From Eukaryota sp. TZLM1-RC (lineage: Eukaryota; Protista; Metamonada: BaSk clade): 64,000 nt of DNA. Positions 48,198 to 59,947 of the stretch are shown here, one piece after another. The position numbers and the translations under genes are program-made. The notes under the pieces were generated by a model, which made no database searches, was not told the origin of the DNA, and saw only the letters and a program-made list of their open reading frames with translations. The stretch lies in the NCBI GenBank assembly GCA_040285825.1, contig JAUPSS010000004.1, positions 6,725,784 to 6,789,783 on the forward strand, in the 5' to 3' direction. Position 1 is the first letter of the stretch. Every line of letters starts with the position of its first letter.

Positions 48198-48714
48198 GCG
48201 CATTGTACAAGAAAGTGTGGTATCATCTAAAAGAAGACCATTAATTCTAGGAATTTGAGTGAATGAACACTAAGAGGACCTGTTCTGGACATCTAACAAA
48301 AAGTTTGCGAAAGGGGGGAGTATAATTTGTGACCGACTTGAGACGAACATCAAAATCCGACCCTTCAAAAATTATTGTTAATTTTTGTTACAATTTTTTG
48401 ACACCATACCTCAAATTTACTAGCGTTCTAGGTGGTATTTCCTGTACATTGTCAGGACACCATTTACTTCAAGTATCAGGAGGGCAAACAATCAAGAGCA
48501 TATTAAATGTCTCTTAAATAATTGCTTAATCAATTAATTACAGAATTCAGTAAATCAACACCATTTGGAAGACGGTTGCAAAATTCAAAAACAATTTTTT
48601 CCCTCCACCAAGGAAAGCAGCTTGACACAGAACTGAAGATTTAGTGGAATAAATACCACCAAAATTAGATGATGAAAACACATGACTTCGAATTAGTTCT
48701 TTTTGTAATTATAT

Positions 48715-49225
48715 TTATTTATTAGAAAACTTATAAATTAATAATTCATCTCTCCCAAAACAAAACAACAAGATGCAACTCTCTCATAGTGAGAACCAAG
48801 AGAAAGCAAAGCATCAGAAACCATCTTCAACATCCCCTTAAAAATAGAAACACAATTCTATTTTGCCAAAACAATCTGTTGAAATTTCTGTTAGTTCTTC
48901 TCTTTACAATCATTTCAAAATATGCCAAAAAACGTATGGCCGTGGGAGCAAGTGAGCCAAATAAAGAAAATACAAATGGGTACAAATTGTAATTTGCATG
49001 CTGTAGACTAGCCAATTGGGACAAAGGATCATTGTATTTTTTGATTTTAAAAATTTCAGAATTTGAAAGAGGATTATGAATTTCAGGATTAGCAAGCCTT
49101 CCATTTGAGGCATAACAAAAAACAACAGACATTACATCCAATAAAATGAAGTTTTCATCCAATCCAGATAATACGACATCACCTCTAGTATTCTTATGGA
49201 AATCATTTTCAGTATCAAACAGCTA
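48715..49225 (-). mobile_element. 5'-truncated CRE-like copy (subfamily 1) inside the old element
   Basis: ORF 48827..49162 is nearly identical to the RLE/C-terminus of the 44661 element. Confidence 0.88.
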
Positions 49226-51561
49226 TAAAAGTGGTAAAAAAACCTTGAGAGCTCAAGAAAATCAGATTTCATTACATCAAAAATTGCTTTTCGTTTTACG
49301 GAATTAAAAGCATTTCTGAAGTCAAGAGTAAAAGTAACATTATTATTCGAAATAGTTCAGGCTTAAAATCAATTAAAGATGTAAAAAATTGTGTAAACAT
49401 TTATCACTCCAAACATTTAGGAAACATTCATCCATATATCCTACTATTGGACAAGGTTTATTGAAATGAAGCAAAGACTTGTGAATTGATACAGACAGTA
49501 CAGTAGTGGCCCAAGCAAATCACCTTGCTTAACTGCAAAAGATGAGAACAGATTGTTAAATTCATATATTAATTCATTTGCCTTACCATAAATTAAATAA
49601 AAATACCTAAATAATTTTGGAAATTCTTTTTGGATAACATCATCAACTGCACTTCGGTGTGCAGAATTAAAAGCATTCTTAAGATCCCATACTGAAAATA
49701 TAATCCTGGTTATTAGAATTGAAAATCAAATCTGAAGTCAATGCAGCAACTGAAGTACCATCAATTATTGTCATTTTTATTTTGAAAGGTGTTGAAAATT
49801 TTCCAGCCTTTGAAACAACACAAGTAAAAACAATTGAAGCAAAGAGACGAATAATTTAATTGATTCGCCAATGACAATTGGATGAATTCCATCAGGCTTT
49901 ATACCATTTTCAGGTTTCACTGAGGCAATTAAGCGAGCAGCTAGTAATTCAGACGGATGAGTGGTATTGAGTCAAATTAACTTTTGAAAATGTTCTGCAA
50001 GATCATCACAAATTTCCAGAGCTTTTCTACAAGCGGTTTTCAAATCATCAATGGACCTGCTACTTTACTTTTGGAAGATAGTTGATAGTCAGTTGATTTT
50101 AAGGAAGCATCAATCCAGAACTTACAAATTTTTGGCTCAGGACCACAGAAATTTTCCACGAAACGGAATTTTCCAATTTCCTTATCATTTTATCACAATT
50201 GAAAGGATAGCATAACATTCTTATATGAACGATAATGGCCTTTAACACACATTTTTCTCACCAATTTTGCTTTTTGCTAAGGTGAAGTTAAAATTCGCGA
50301 TTTACTTAATTTTTTCAGATATTGTTTTTGCAAAAAGTTTCCCTAAATCAGTTATGGCCCAATTATTATTCTTTAATTGAGAAGAAAATTTTCGCACTTC
50401 AAGTTCAAGGGAATGGAACTGACAGGACTGGTTCCAGCAAGAATTTTAGCAGGGGGTCTCGAGGTATCTACAGCAAATACTGAAAGTTGGTTGTTAAAAC
50501 ATCTTGTTCACAATTTGGCTATATTGGATATAAATCTTTGTAAAAAATTTAAAACATCAATTTAAAAAAAGAATTGTCTGAAAATAAACAAAATTGATAT
50601 ATTGATAATCATTGAAGCGTTTATTTAAAAAAATTCATGAATTGAAGAAGGTTGATACATTTTTTCCAATCCATGATTTTATGCAAAAGAAAAGCTCAAA
50701 AGACTCTGTGACGACAAGTTCAGTCTATCAGCTTGCAAAAGTCAAAAAAGTGCCAATTGCTAATTCAGTAACAGTGTTTCAAAGGCTATTTAAATACATT
50801 GGATGTTTCTTTCAATTGCTGACACTAAAACGAATGGAAAGCTAAGGTTGAATAGTTGATTAGTCGATAGTCTTTGTACTTTGAACTCAGCCCATATGAT
50901 TACATAAAAAGTTATAAATATTAAAAAGCAGAGATTAATATCAAGTAAATTAATAATTAAGTTTGTCCTCCAAAATACTTATAATCATCAATAAAATGGA
51001 AAAAAATTGCATTTGATTTAGAGAAGATACATCTCTGTGAACAATTAATTTCTATTAAAATTAATGGAAAATGCAGCATGATTTTATAAGTTTATAGTAG
51101 GAGCTAACTGAAAATTCTGAAGAAAAAAAACTACTGGCCAAAGTGAGTTGGTTTCAATAACAGAGCCGCTGAACTTTTACAAGAAAAATAGTGAAAGAAT
51201 CCTAACTGTCCATTCCCAGTTGTCCAGATGCTTGACAAGGAAGCATTTGATTACTAATAAAGTTATTAATAAAGACAAGGTAAATGACATAAAGATTGGT
51301 TAGTACTCTTAAGAGCGTTAGTACTTGGTTGATGTCTTGTTCACTTTGAAAAGTCTTTATTATCAAAAGGTAGCGAATGCCATTCAGAAGGCAGGTGAAA
51401 CTTAAAAAACACAAAACCAAAGGCGAAATAAATCACAAGAAATAGGTCAAAGATTACTACAATAGACACAGAAAAAAAAGTTAAAAACAGTAAAATAAAT
51501 AAAATAAAAATGGCAAATAACAGGGAGCAAAACAAAAAAATAAACTCACCAAATAAGAAAA

Positions 51562-53925
51562 CTAAATTACTAGATAGGTGTCCAATACTTCTCGAGCTTT
51601 TAAATCTAAACCTTGATCAGCATAAATCCTAAACAAATTAAAAGCACATTCATATTCTACACCTGAAACATGTTCAAAACAATTGAAATGCTTCAACACT
51701 TTTTTGTAATAACTAATAGCCAGAGCAAAAAGCCCAATAGAATGCAGATATCGCCCAATATTGTACATACCTTCCTTATACTTTCTGTCAGAAACATCTC
51801 TTTGGATTTTTGCATATTGTTTTAGCATCCAATAACCAGAAGAAATATACATCATTTTGTTTGAATCCCTGGTAGCTTTATTTCGGGCTATGCCAAGACA
51901 GCAACAGGCTAAGGGAACGTAAAGAAAAGGCACCTTTTTTAATTGAAATGCATTGACCAATTGATCAAAAGCAGAAGCATATCTTCCAGAACTCAAATAA
52001 TGAAGTCCAAGGCAAACCAAGAATGGGAATCCCTTCCTGGAGTGTCTACTTAGAAACTTTTGGTGAGTTTGTCCAATATCAGTTGAACCAAGATTGTTAC
52101 TGGCCATCACGTAGGTAAGCAGCATGTGCAGTGGAATGCTCCTAGGTGTTCTGGTCAAACAATCCCTCAGAGCTCCGTAAGCGAAATAGGGTGTATTTGA
52201 TCTTAAAACAAGACTAACGAGAACTTTTCTTAATTGATTTTCAACTGATGATGAGACATACTGACCACCATAAACCATCAATGAATGCACCACCAATAAC
52301 GAATCATCATACCGAGAAAGTTCGGATAATGCTTCAATAACAGAAGAGATAAACTTCATCATGGAGAAAACCCCCAATAAGTTAGCAATACCTGGCATAG
52401 ATACGGTAGGGAAAGGACGGCCGGGACGGAGTTTTTTAGTGTTGATAAACATTGTGCAGATAAAAGGAACAGAGAGCTGAACAAATTCTTCAAATCTTCT
52501 CTCTTCAAAAAGCATATTGGCATGTTCAAGATGTAATTTGATTTGATCCGTGGACAGGTCCTTTATAACATCTGAAAACTGCGTGGAGTGTTCAGTATCC
52601 TGTCCAGAAGATTTCAAAGCATCCAAAGCAGCATCAATATTACCGATTTGTTTCAATGTTTTTGACAATTCAATTCTGGTTTCTGGGTTATCGAAAAGTT
52701 CTAATGATTGGATAAAAGATTGGATAGCTTGAGGTAATAGATCACAATCCCTCTGAGCTTTACCTAACTGACAGTGGTAATATGGATTATCAGAAAACTG
52801 CTGCACAAGGGCAAGAAAAAGAGTATATGAAATAATGGAAAAAACGGCATTTCGTGAATTGATAGCAGCAGATCCAATGACGTCATAAAGGTCAAAAAAC
52901 TGTTCCACTTCCCAGTTAACAACTACTGGCAAGCAACTTTCAGTAATGTTATCCCCCATATGGATGTGTGCACAAATCAACTTGGCTGCCAGATCGGGAA
53001 CCAGACATGTGATCAGGTCAGAAAACCCGGGACTTTGATTGACTGAGCTCGACTTTGAAAGAATAGTCCCAACTTCAGTAAGCACTTCACTTACCTTTTG
53101 CCAGTGTCCCTTGTGGATCAGTAGGTCACAATAATAGTTCAAAAGTTCATTATTCAAGACTTTAGCAGACTTTCTTCTGGTTTCAAATACACTTTCCAAA
53201 ACCGCCTCAGCGCGCTCATAATCAGCAATTTTACCAGTTAATAACTCAATCAATTCCTGAATCACATCAAGATTTGATGGATTCAAATTAACAGCCTTGG
53301 TGAGCTCATCAGCTGCCTTTAACAGACTTTTCCGTTCATTCAACCCTACCAAGACTCTTGCCCTTCTGATTAGCAGGTCAACAGAAGTCCCCTGACTGAT
53401 TAAAGCCCTTCCCAAAGCATATTCTTCTATTCTAGGGTAACCAAACTCCCTAGCAGTGTCAGCTAGTTCCATCCATCGTTCCCACTCTCTCCCTCTTACT
53501 GCTGCAATGAAGAAAGCACCAAGCGCCTTACGGTAGTCTTTTAAAGCAACGTAGACAAGGGCAAGAGATTTAAAGGGTTCAGGGCGTTTTTTATCAAGAT
53601 TTGAGCAAGCAGCAAGTTTGGCAATGGCTTCATTGTAGTTTCCTGCCATATACAACATGTTTGCCTTTCCAAATAAGTCAGCAGCTTCCCCCTTGAGTCC
53701 ACTTTTTCCCTTGTTTTTACGAAGTTCTTTCATGGAAAAATCTCCATCAATGTCGTCATCAGAAGAAGATATATCACCACGTTGAGCTTTGGATAGAGAC
53801 TTTAAGAATTCATGTTGAGATGTAGGGGACGATGGAGGATCAGGAGCTGCAACAAGCTCTTCTTCAGGTAGAGTTTGTTTAAAGATATCAAGAATGTGAC
53901 TAAGTTCATTATGGAGGTGTTCCAT
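51562..53925 (-). CDS. GTF3C3: General transcription factor IIIC subunit 3 (Tfc4/TFIIIC102), TPR protein
   Basis: LFGKANMLYMAGNYNEAI..PEPFKSLALVY..FFIAA..W..LA at the N-terminus; EGMYNIGRYLHSIGLFALAISYYKKVL..ECAFNLFRIY..AREVLDTYLVI at the C-terminus. Confidence 0.9.
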   Translation of the reverse strand: MEHLHNELSHILDIFKQTLPEEELVAAPDPPSSPTSQHEFLKSLSKAQRGDISSSDDDIDGDFSMKELRKNKGKSGLKGEAADLFGKANMLYMAGNYNEAIAKLAACSNLDKKRPEPFKSLALVYVALKDYRKALGAFFIAAVRGREWERWMELADTAREFGYPRIEEYALGRALISQGTSVDLLIRRARVLVGLNERKSLLKAADELTKAVNLNPSNLDVIQELIELLTGKIADYERAEAVLESVFETRRKSAKVLNNELLNYYCDLLIHKGHWQKVSEVLTEVGTILSKSSSVNQSPGFSDLITCLVPDLAAKLICAHIHMGDNITESCLPVVVNWEVEQFFDLYDVIGSAAINSRNAVFSIISYTLFLALVQQFSDNPYYHCQLGKAQRDCDLLPQAIQSFIQSLELFDNPETRIELSKTLKQIGNIDAALDALKSSGQDTEHSTQFSDVIKDLSTDQIKLHLEHANMLFEERRFEEFVQLSVPFICTMFINTKKLRPGRPFPTVSMPGIANLLGVFSMMKFISSVIEALSELSRYDDSLLVVHSLMVYGGQYVSSSVENQLRKVLVSLVLRSNTPYFAYGALRDCLTRTPRSIPLHMLLTYVMASNNLGSTDIGQTHQKFLSRHSRKGFPFLVCLGLHYLSSGRYASAFDQLVNAFQLKKVPFLYVPLACCCLGIARNKATRDSNKMMYISSGYWMLKQYAKIQRDVSDRKYKEGMYNIGRYLHSIGLFALAISYYKKVLKHFNCFEHVSGVEYECAFNLFRIYADQGLDLKAREVLDTYLVI

Positions 53926-54132
53926 TCTTGCTAATGACAACGTATGGTGATATAGAATCAAAAAACCCAATCAATAGATTTGAAATAGATTTTTTTTCTC
54001 CCTCCCCCAGTCAACCCTTTCATATTTCACTTTCTGTCACGGCGTCCAAGTTGTACTGTGTCTTTGCCAAAAAAATAGATTTGAAAAATCAGTCTGATAA
54101 GTTTAAATTACTTCAAAACTATACTTTCGCAT

Positions 54133-56070
54133 TCATAATAATGTATTGACATCAGGTTGTTGAATCGGACTCATTGGTGTACCATCACCTTCACAATCCT
54201 TATCAACATCTCTCTGGCTTTCATCAGTGGGTTTAATAACATTGGTTTGAGACTGCTGTCTCTTGAACACCTCTGATCTCTCTCTTCCAACCAAAATGTC
54301 TTCAGTCAACAAATGAATATTCTTTTTCTGATCTCTCTGCGAAGTAGATGATCCATTTTCGAAATCTTTTGTTTGAGTTTTTGGTCTCTCGAAAATGGAT
54401 GGTCTACCTTCACCGTTGATTGCAGATGTTATAATAGAATATATATTTATGGCAGAGTTGAAGTCTCTATTCCAATACGTGCTGCACGTCTGACACTTCA
54501 CTAAACCCCACGGTGTTGATTTTGCTTTTTCTTCTAGTGAATCTTTCTGTTCACCCCATTCTTGTTGAAAATTCCTTTTTCTAGTAGGATTGTTTTGATT
54601 AAATAGTTCAATTTCATGTTTTAACTTTTTTGCTTTTCTTTTTAATTGTCGTTTCCCCTTAGGACATAACACTTTAATACTAGAATCGTTGACACATTCT
54701 CCAAAATTTCCCTTGACAGCACAACTAGAACAAGATTTACTCGTTCTATATTCATCAACTAGGAAAATTCGATAACCAAATCTTCTAAATAGTTTGCAAA
54801 TTTCGGTTCCTCTTATGGTTGTTCTTTTTCCCTTCCTTGTAATTCCTTTCGACCTCCAGTCACCATAACCAATAACTACGTCTTCAGGGGAACCAAAGGT
54901 CAATTTGAATCTTTCCAACGAGTTTTTTTTCACTTCTTTGATTATTCGAATACTTTTGAAATTTTCTTTTTCTGAACCATATATCTTGGTAAAAAGTATT
55001 CTTATGAACATTGTATTGCTCAAATTCCTTGATGTAATGACCAAAATGTTGACTGAAACAAGATTTTTGTTGTCTGTTTGATACAGATAAAGAAAATTGA
55101 TTTAAAATATCCTGACCTGAGTAATCACCATCAGGTAATTCTACTTTCCAATTTTCCAATTTTCTTTTTTCCGTTGAACGATATTTGGTACTTTTTCTGT
55201 CAAATTGGTGTTCACCGGCAGTATATTTGAACGTGTTCCTCCAGTGTTTGTTTTTCAACCATGTACAATTAGAGTCAGAGTTTGAATAGGTTGATAGATT
55301 TTGTAATTGTTTCTTTCCTTCTTTACTACCTTTGCGTTTTGTGCGTTTGATTTCTGGAAGTTGTCTTTCTGTACAGAACACATTTTGTGAAATTTGTTTT
55401 GGGGTAATAGTTACAGCAGGATTTGGAGAAACACAGTGTATTAAATCGTACTCGTTAGGGTCAATGGCAACTATTCTTTTATCTTTTCACTTCAGTTTTT
55501 CGATATTTTCAGCAGACAAGGAATGTAGGTATCGTCTGGGTACGTCTTGGAAGTAAAAATTTTGAAAACATTTTCATTTTCATCAACCAGGTCTTTACGA
55601 ATTAAGACCACTGAACAAGCAATCCCCTCTGTTACAATTGAGGAGATTTCCAATTGAAAGCAACCTTTAGTCTCACGTTTGTAAGATTCTACTACCTTAT
55701 CAGTTAGTATTTCGGTAAAAACTAATGATCTTATGTCCTCTGCTCTCCCTTTGAACTTGCTAAAACTTTCATTGAGCAAATGAGTATCGTGTCTCAAATG
55801 CTGTGGAATCAATGTAGTTGTCAATGAAAAAGGATTATTCACTGACAAAAGTTTGCCATCTTGGGAACAAAACGATTGAATGGTTCTGTTAATATTTATA
55901 GCTTGAGAGAGAAATCTCAATGGCTTGGCTGATTGAGTATAATAAGGATTTTTACCCTTAATAAAAGTGGAAATTAAAGAATGTTTCACATAAGGAAAAA
56001 ACTTCAAAGTCAAATCTGACTGGGGAAAGGGAAAAACAATGTGATCATTGATAGGAAGTTCATCAAAGTT
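54133..56070 (-). pseudogene. Fanzor2 family C copy C2, frameshifted, N-terminus missing
   Basis: LIPQHLRHDT, IVTEGIACSVVLIRKD, RuvC-I IVAIDPNEYDL (~55450-55475), GYGDW, DEYRTS, WNRDFNSAINI; near-identical to C1 until RDQKK. Confidence 0.88.
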
Positions 56071-56951
56071 TCCACCGATAATGGCTTCCTGACTTTGTTG
56101 AGTTTAGTCAATAATTCTTTCTTCAAATGATTTCCTGAATTTGTTCTAGTTTCAACTTCTTCAAAATGATAATGTTTAACCAGCGCAAAATGTATTCATG
56201 AAAGTGTTTGCTAAGTAAAAATGAATATTTAGTGCAGAATTGGTTTCTCGATTCCAGAACGTTTTGCATTGATTACATTACCACAGACCCCATGAAACTA
56301 CTTGTCGAACTTTAAAGTTGCCCAATTCATTCTTTTCCAAAGGCTTTGAAATAGGTTTTCTTATTCTCTTGTCAATGGTATTTTTCAATTCTTCAACAAA
56401 TTCTCTAATTGCTAGACTTCTCTGTTCACTCTTACTCATATATGTCATTGTTTCTTGTTTCTACCCTTATCATTGCCTCTTCCAACTTTTCTTTTACTTT
56501 TACTTTCGTTTTTACTTTTTTGCATAATTTTTTTAACTGGGGTATTTATTGAGAAAAAAAAACTATCTAGAATTCAATATCCTCCAAACAAGCGTCACTA
56601 TTACTAAACCTACTCACAGCTTTTTGTTCATGTTCTACACCAATAGCTAAAAGTGCCTTTGAAATCATTGCATAATTTGAATCTGTTTTTAAAGTCCATT
56701 TTTTCTTTCTGACATAATATCCGGTCTAATTGAATTTAGCTTTTTCGTAAAGTTGGGATCATCGTATTTGTAGGAAGTTCCCATGTTTTTTCCAATTGTA
56801 CCCTTTCGAGCACAATTATGGCATCTTTTTGAAGTAAATGCATCATTGACAAAAAATACAAGGTATCCGGCTTGTCTCAATACTTTTCTTATACTTATAC
56901 CTTTAGATGGATACTTTCCTCTCCTTTTAAATCCAGACTCTTTACTCCAAT

Positions 56952-58279
56952 TGTTGGCGCCCTAAGGCTTATATGTTGAGATTAGAAAATAAATCAACTT
57001 TTTCTCATTGACTTTCTCTTTACTACAATAGACTTTAGGCAACAATAATTATTGGCCATTTTAAAGTCAAGGTATACCACTCATGACTCCAGCAATTTAC
57101 TAGTAACCATCTACCAAAAACCTTTACAGCATGTCAGAAATCTCTCAACAAGACATCTCTAACTCCAATTCCTCACGTAACATGCAGCAACAGGAACCAG
57201 CAACACACATACAAATACATAACAAAGAGGGTAACGAGGTAACGGACCCGGATCCCACCTCCCCCTCCCCCAAAGTTAAAGATGAAAGAGCGGACGAGGT
57301 CCCTTCTTCTTCAATTATAAAAGAGGTTACGAGAACGGACCTGGCTCCCTCCCCCCCCCCCAATGTGGAACCTGTTGGTAAGGTAACGGATAAAAATCCC
57401 ACCTTAAACAAGTCGACCCCCTTAGCAGAGTATGACGAATTTTATGCTCAACTAGATGACAAAGGGAAGATGATTCCAGTGATGGATTCTACAAACTCCT
57501 CACAAGAACGCGGAGCCTTATCTCGAATCAATGGACTTGTATACATTCGAGCAGCTCCCTCCTTCATGGAGCCAAACACAAAAAAGTCGACTACATACGA
57601 GGTTACGAGAAAAGACTCCACCTCCACTATAATTGTACTATAATGCAAAGATACGGCCCTTGCTGCTCTGATATTTTTAGTCGTAAAGCCAGTACTTTAA
57701 CAACAAAAGACGCCGCCTTCAGGTTTCTGATGTTTTTTACTTTGCTGACTGTTGTTTTTGATCCAACATAGATTCTTCATGATCATTAGCGAATCCATTC
57801 TTCGATTCCATGATACCTTTACTAAACGACACTACCACGTTACTCGTTTACGAAAAAGGGAAGAAGCAGAGCGCCTTTATGTAGCGATTAAAACATACGC
57901 AACAAAGTATTCAAACACACAGATCTTGGAACGAGGCCCTTTTCAGTTATTGCTTACTACCTTATACTAACATTATTGTAGGAGAGTCATAGTACATCAA
58001 TTGTCGATCTTAAAAATGTGAAACCACTGTTTGTGTGAATCCCAATCACTACAAAGATAATTGTAGACAATAGAAAACATTAGAATTAAGTATTTAGTTC
58101 TTAGTAGTTATAGTTGTTTAGTTATTTGTTATAGTTTTGTTTCATATTCATATAAGTTGATTTATTTTGAAAAAGGGAAGAAGCAGTGCTGGCGCCCTAA
58201 GGCTTATATGTTGAGATTACAAAATAAATCAACTTTTTCTCATTGACTTTCTCTTTACTACAATAGATTTTAGGCAACA
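56952..58279 (+). mobile_element. Non-autonomous LTR retroelement (Ty3/gypsy-like deletion derivative) with 93-bp LTRs
   Basis: LTRs 56952-57044 and 58187-58279 (TG..CAACA, 3 mismatches); 4-bp TSD CAAT; polypurine tract aaaaagggaagaag before the 3' LTR; internal ORF 57131..57643 and an RGPFQ integrase-tail-like remnant. Confidence 0.9.
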
Positions 58280-59049
58280 CAATCACCAATGACTAGTTAC
58301 AATCACCAGCTTTGCCAAACTTTTGTTTAATTTCACGAATCAACTTCATGACACCTTTTTGTTTTCTCTTGTGTTGGGAAAACCTTTCTTTTCGATAATG
58401 TATTTGGTTAAATAGATTCCAAATTTTCATTCTAAAGATTTCTTTTGCATCAGTATACCCATAAAATTCATCTAATTTGGTTGATTTTGATTGTTTTCTC
58501 ATTTGAGAACCAGAAATTTTTTCGAAATTTCCCTGTAACTTTCTCCACCATTGTTGAAGAAGTATTCATCTTGCCGCTTCTTTGTATCTTTCCGATATTT
58601 GAGAAAACCAAGTGAAAAATTTCGTTCACCTTGCGTAAAAGAAAAGGGGTCAATGTTATGAATGTCTTCTTTTTTGGGCTTTTTCTTTGGTTTGTTTCGT
58701 TATCCAGCTCTACTTCATCTTTTACAAACAAAATTTGATTACAACAATTACCGTAGTTTAATTTCTGGGAAACAGCATGGATCAAATCATATTCAATTGA
58801 ATCTGTGGCGACTGATTTTCTAGATAGGTTTCCATTGATAGGTTACTCAAGTATACGTCTTTAGTTGTTTGTTGTTTTGTTGTATACTTTTTCCCAAACA
58901 AATCTCTTCTTCTAAATTGAATTGAAACAGAATGTCCATTGGTTACAATCATATCAAAAACATATGGAACTTCTTCAGCATAGTGCAGCTTTTCCTCTTT
59001 AATGTTATTTCTAGGAAACTTCTTACAAGATTTTTTAAACACTCTATGT

Positions 59050-59947
59050 TGTGATTAATTGAGTTTTGGGAGAATTTGATGCCGTTAGGCAGATGAACAC
59101 ACGAAGGAGAGAGAGAAATCTGAGTTTATTAATAAAACTGATTCATAAACGAGTATCACGTCATCAGTCAAAATACAATGAAACCTACTAATTCAATTTA
59201 AGTTCGACAACAACACTACTTTTTCCCATTTTTCTGAGGACAAATACAGTACTGGCTCAATAGAGGGGAGATATGGGGTTTGTTAAATTCTCCGGTGCAT
59301 CGATGGTATGAGAACGTTGGATACCTACGAAAAGAAGTCCTCTGGCAAATCGGTTCAGAAAAGCTATGTCTGGCAACTTCAGTCCGGAAGCCCTACTCTT
59401 TACCTGGAAAAAACGTCGCAGGTAACAGGACATACGTTCTCGGACGTCACCAATACGGACATAAAGCATCAGTTCTGACATAGCCAGACTAAAATCTTCG
59501 TACATGGCGAACGATACGACAAATTGTAGATGTCTGAGAAGAACATCGTCACTGGATCAGCCGTCGGATTTCTGGAGAGATAGGGACTCTAACAGAAAAG
59601 AATCGACCAAGAGTCTTGCTGGAACAAGCTCTTTCTTAGGAGTCACCGAAGAATAAATCTTTCACTCCTATAGGAACAGAAGAACACTTTCAACTTTCAT
59701 GGAAGAAAGAGACGTCAGGTTAACAGAGGGAACAGTCATCTGAAATAAGAAGGGCCAATAATTATTGATGCCGTTAGGCAGATGAACACACGAAGGAGAG
59801 AGAGAGAAATCTGAGTTTATTAATAAAACTGATTCATAAACGAGTATCACGTCATCAGTCAAAATACAATGAAACCTACTAATTCAATTTAAGTTCGACA
59901 ACAACAAATTGGTTGATTTTTTCCGCAGAAGGAACCTCAAACTCCCA
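59050..59947. mobile_element. ~64-bp TG..CA insertion (probable solo LTR), itself split by the 59077-59906 element
   Basis: 4-bp TSD ATGT (59046-59049, 59948-59951); removing it restores Fanzor frame LWDTALRMSHRVFKKSC. Confidence 0.6.
59077..59906 (-). mobile_element. Non-autonomous LTR retroelement with ~140-bp LTRs and gag-like remnant
   Basis: LTRs 59766-59906 and 59077-59215 (TGTTG..GCATCA on minus, differing by a GA-repeat indel); TSD AATT; PPT aaaaatgggaaaaagtag; ORF 59257..59505. Confidence 0.9.

Larger units (their letters stand above)
44170..50500 (-). mobile_element. Old degraded CRE-like element (subfamily 3), interrupted by younger insertions
   Basis: Pieces in correct order: RT remnants (IVIGES ~49870, DLKNAFNSAHR ~49660, VKQGD.LGPL ~49520), GGI..KSSVLCQAAFLGG ~48620, NCKHF..VHDAV ~47930, RGD..DV..AEK RLE at 44450-44650. 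Confidence 0.75.

Noticed and set aside
5939-53925. Apparent cluster of transcription genes (RPC31, RPB7, TFIIA, TFIIIC, ASF1)
   Set aside because: Scattered among unrelated genes in a compact genome; no evidence beyond chance.
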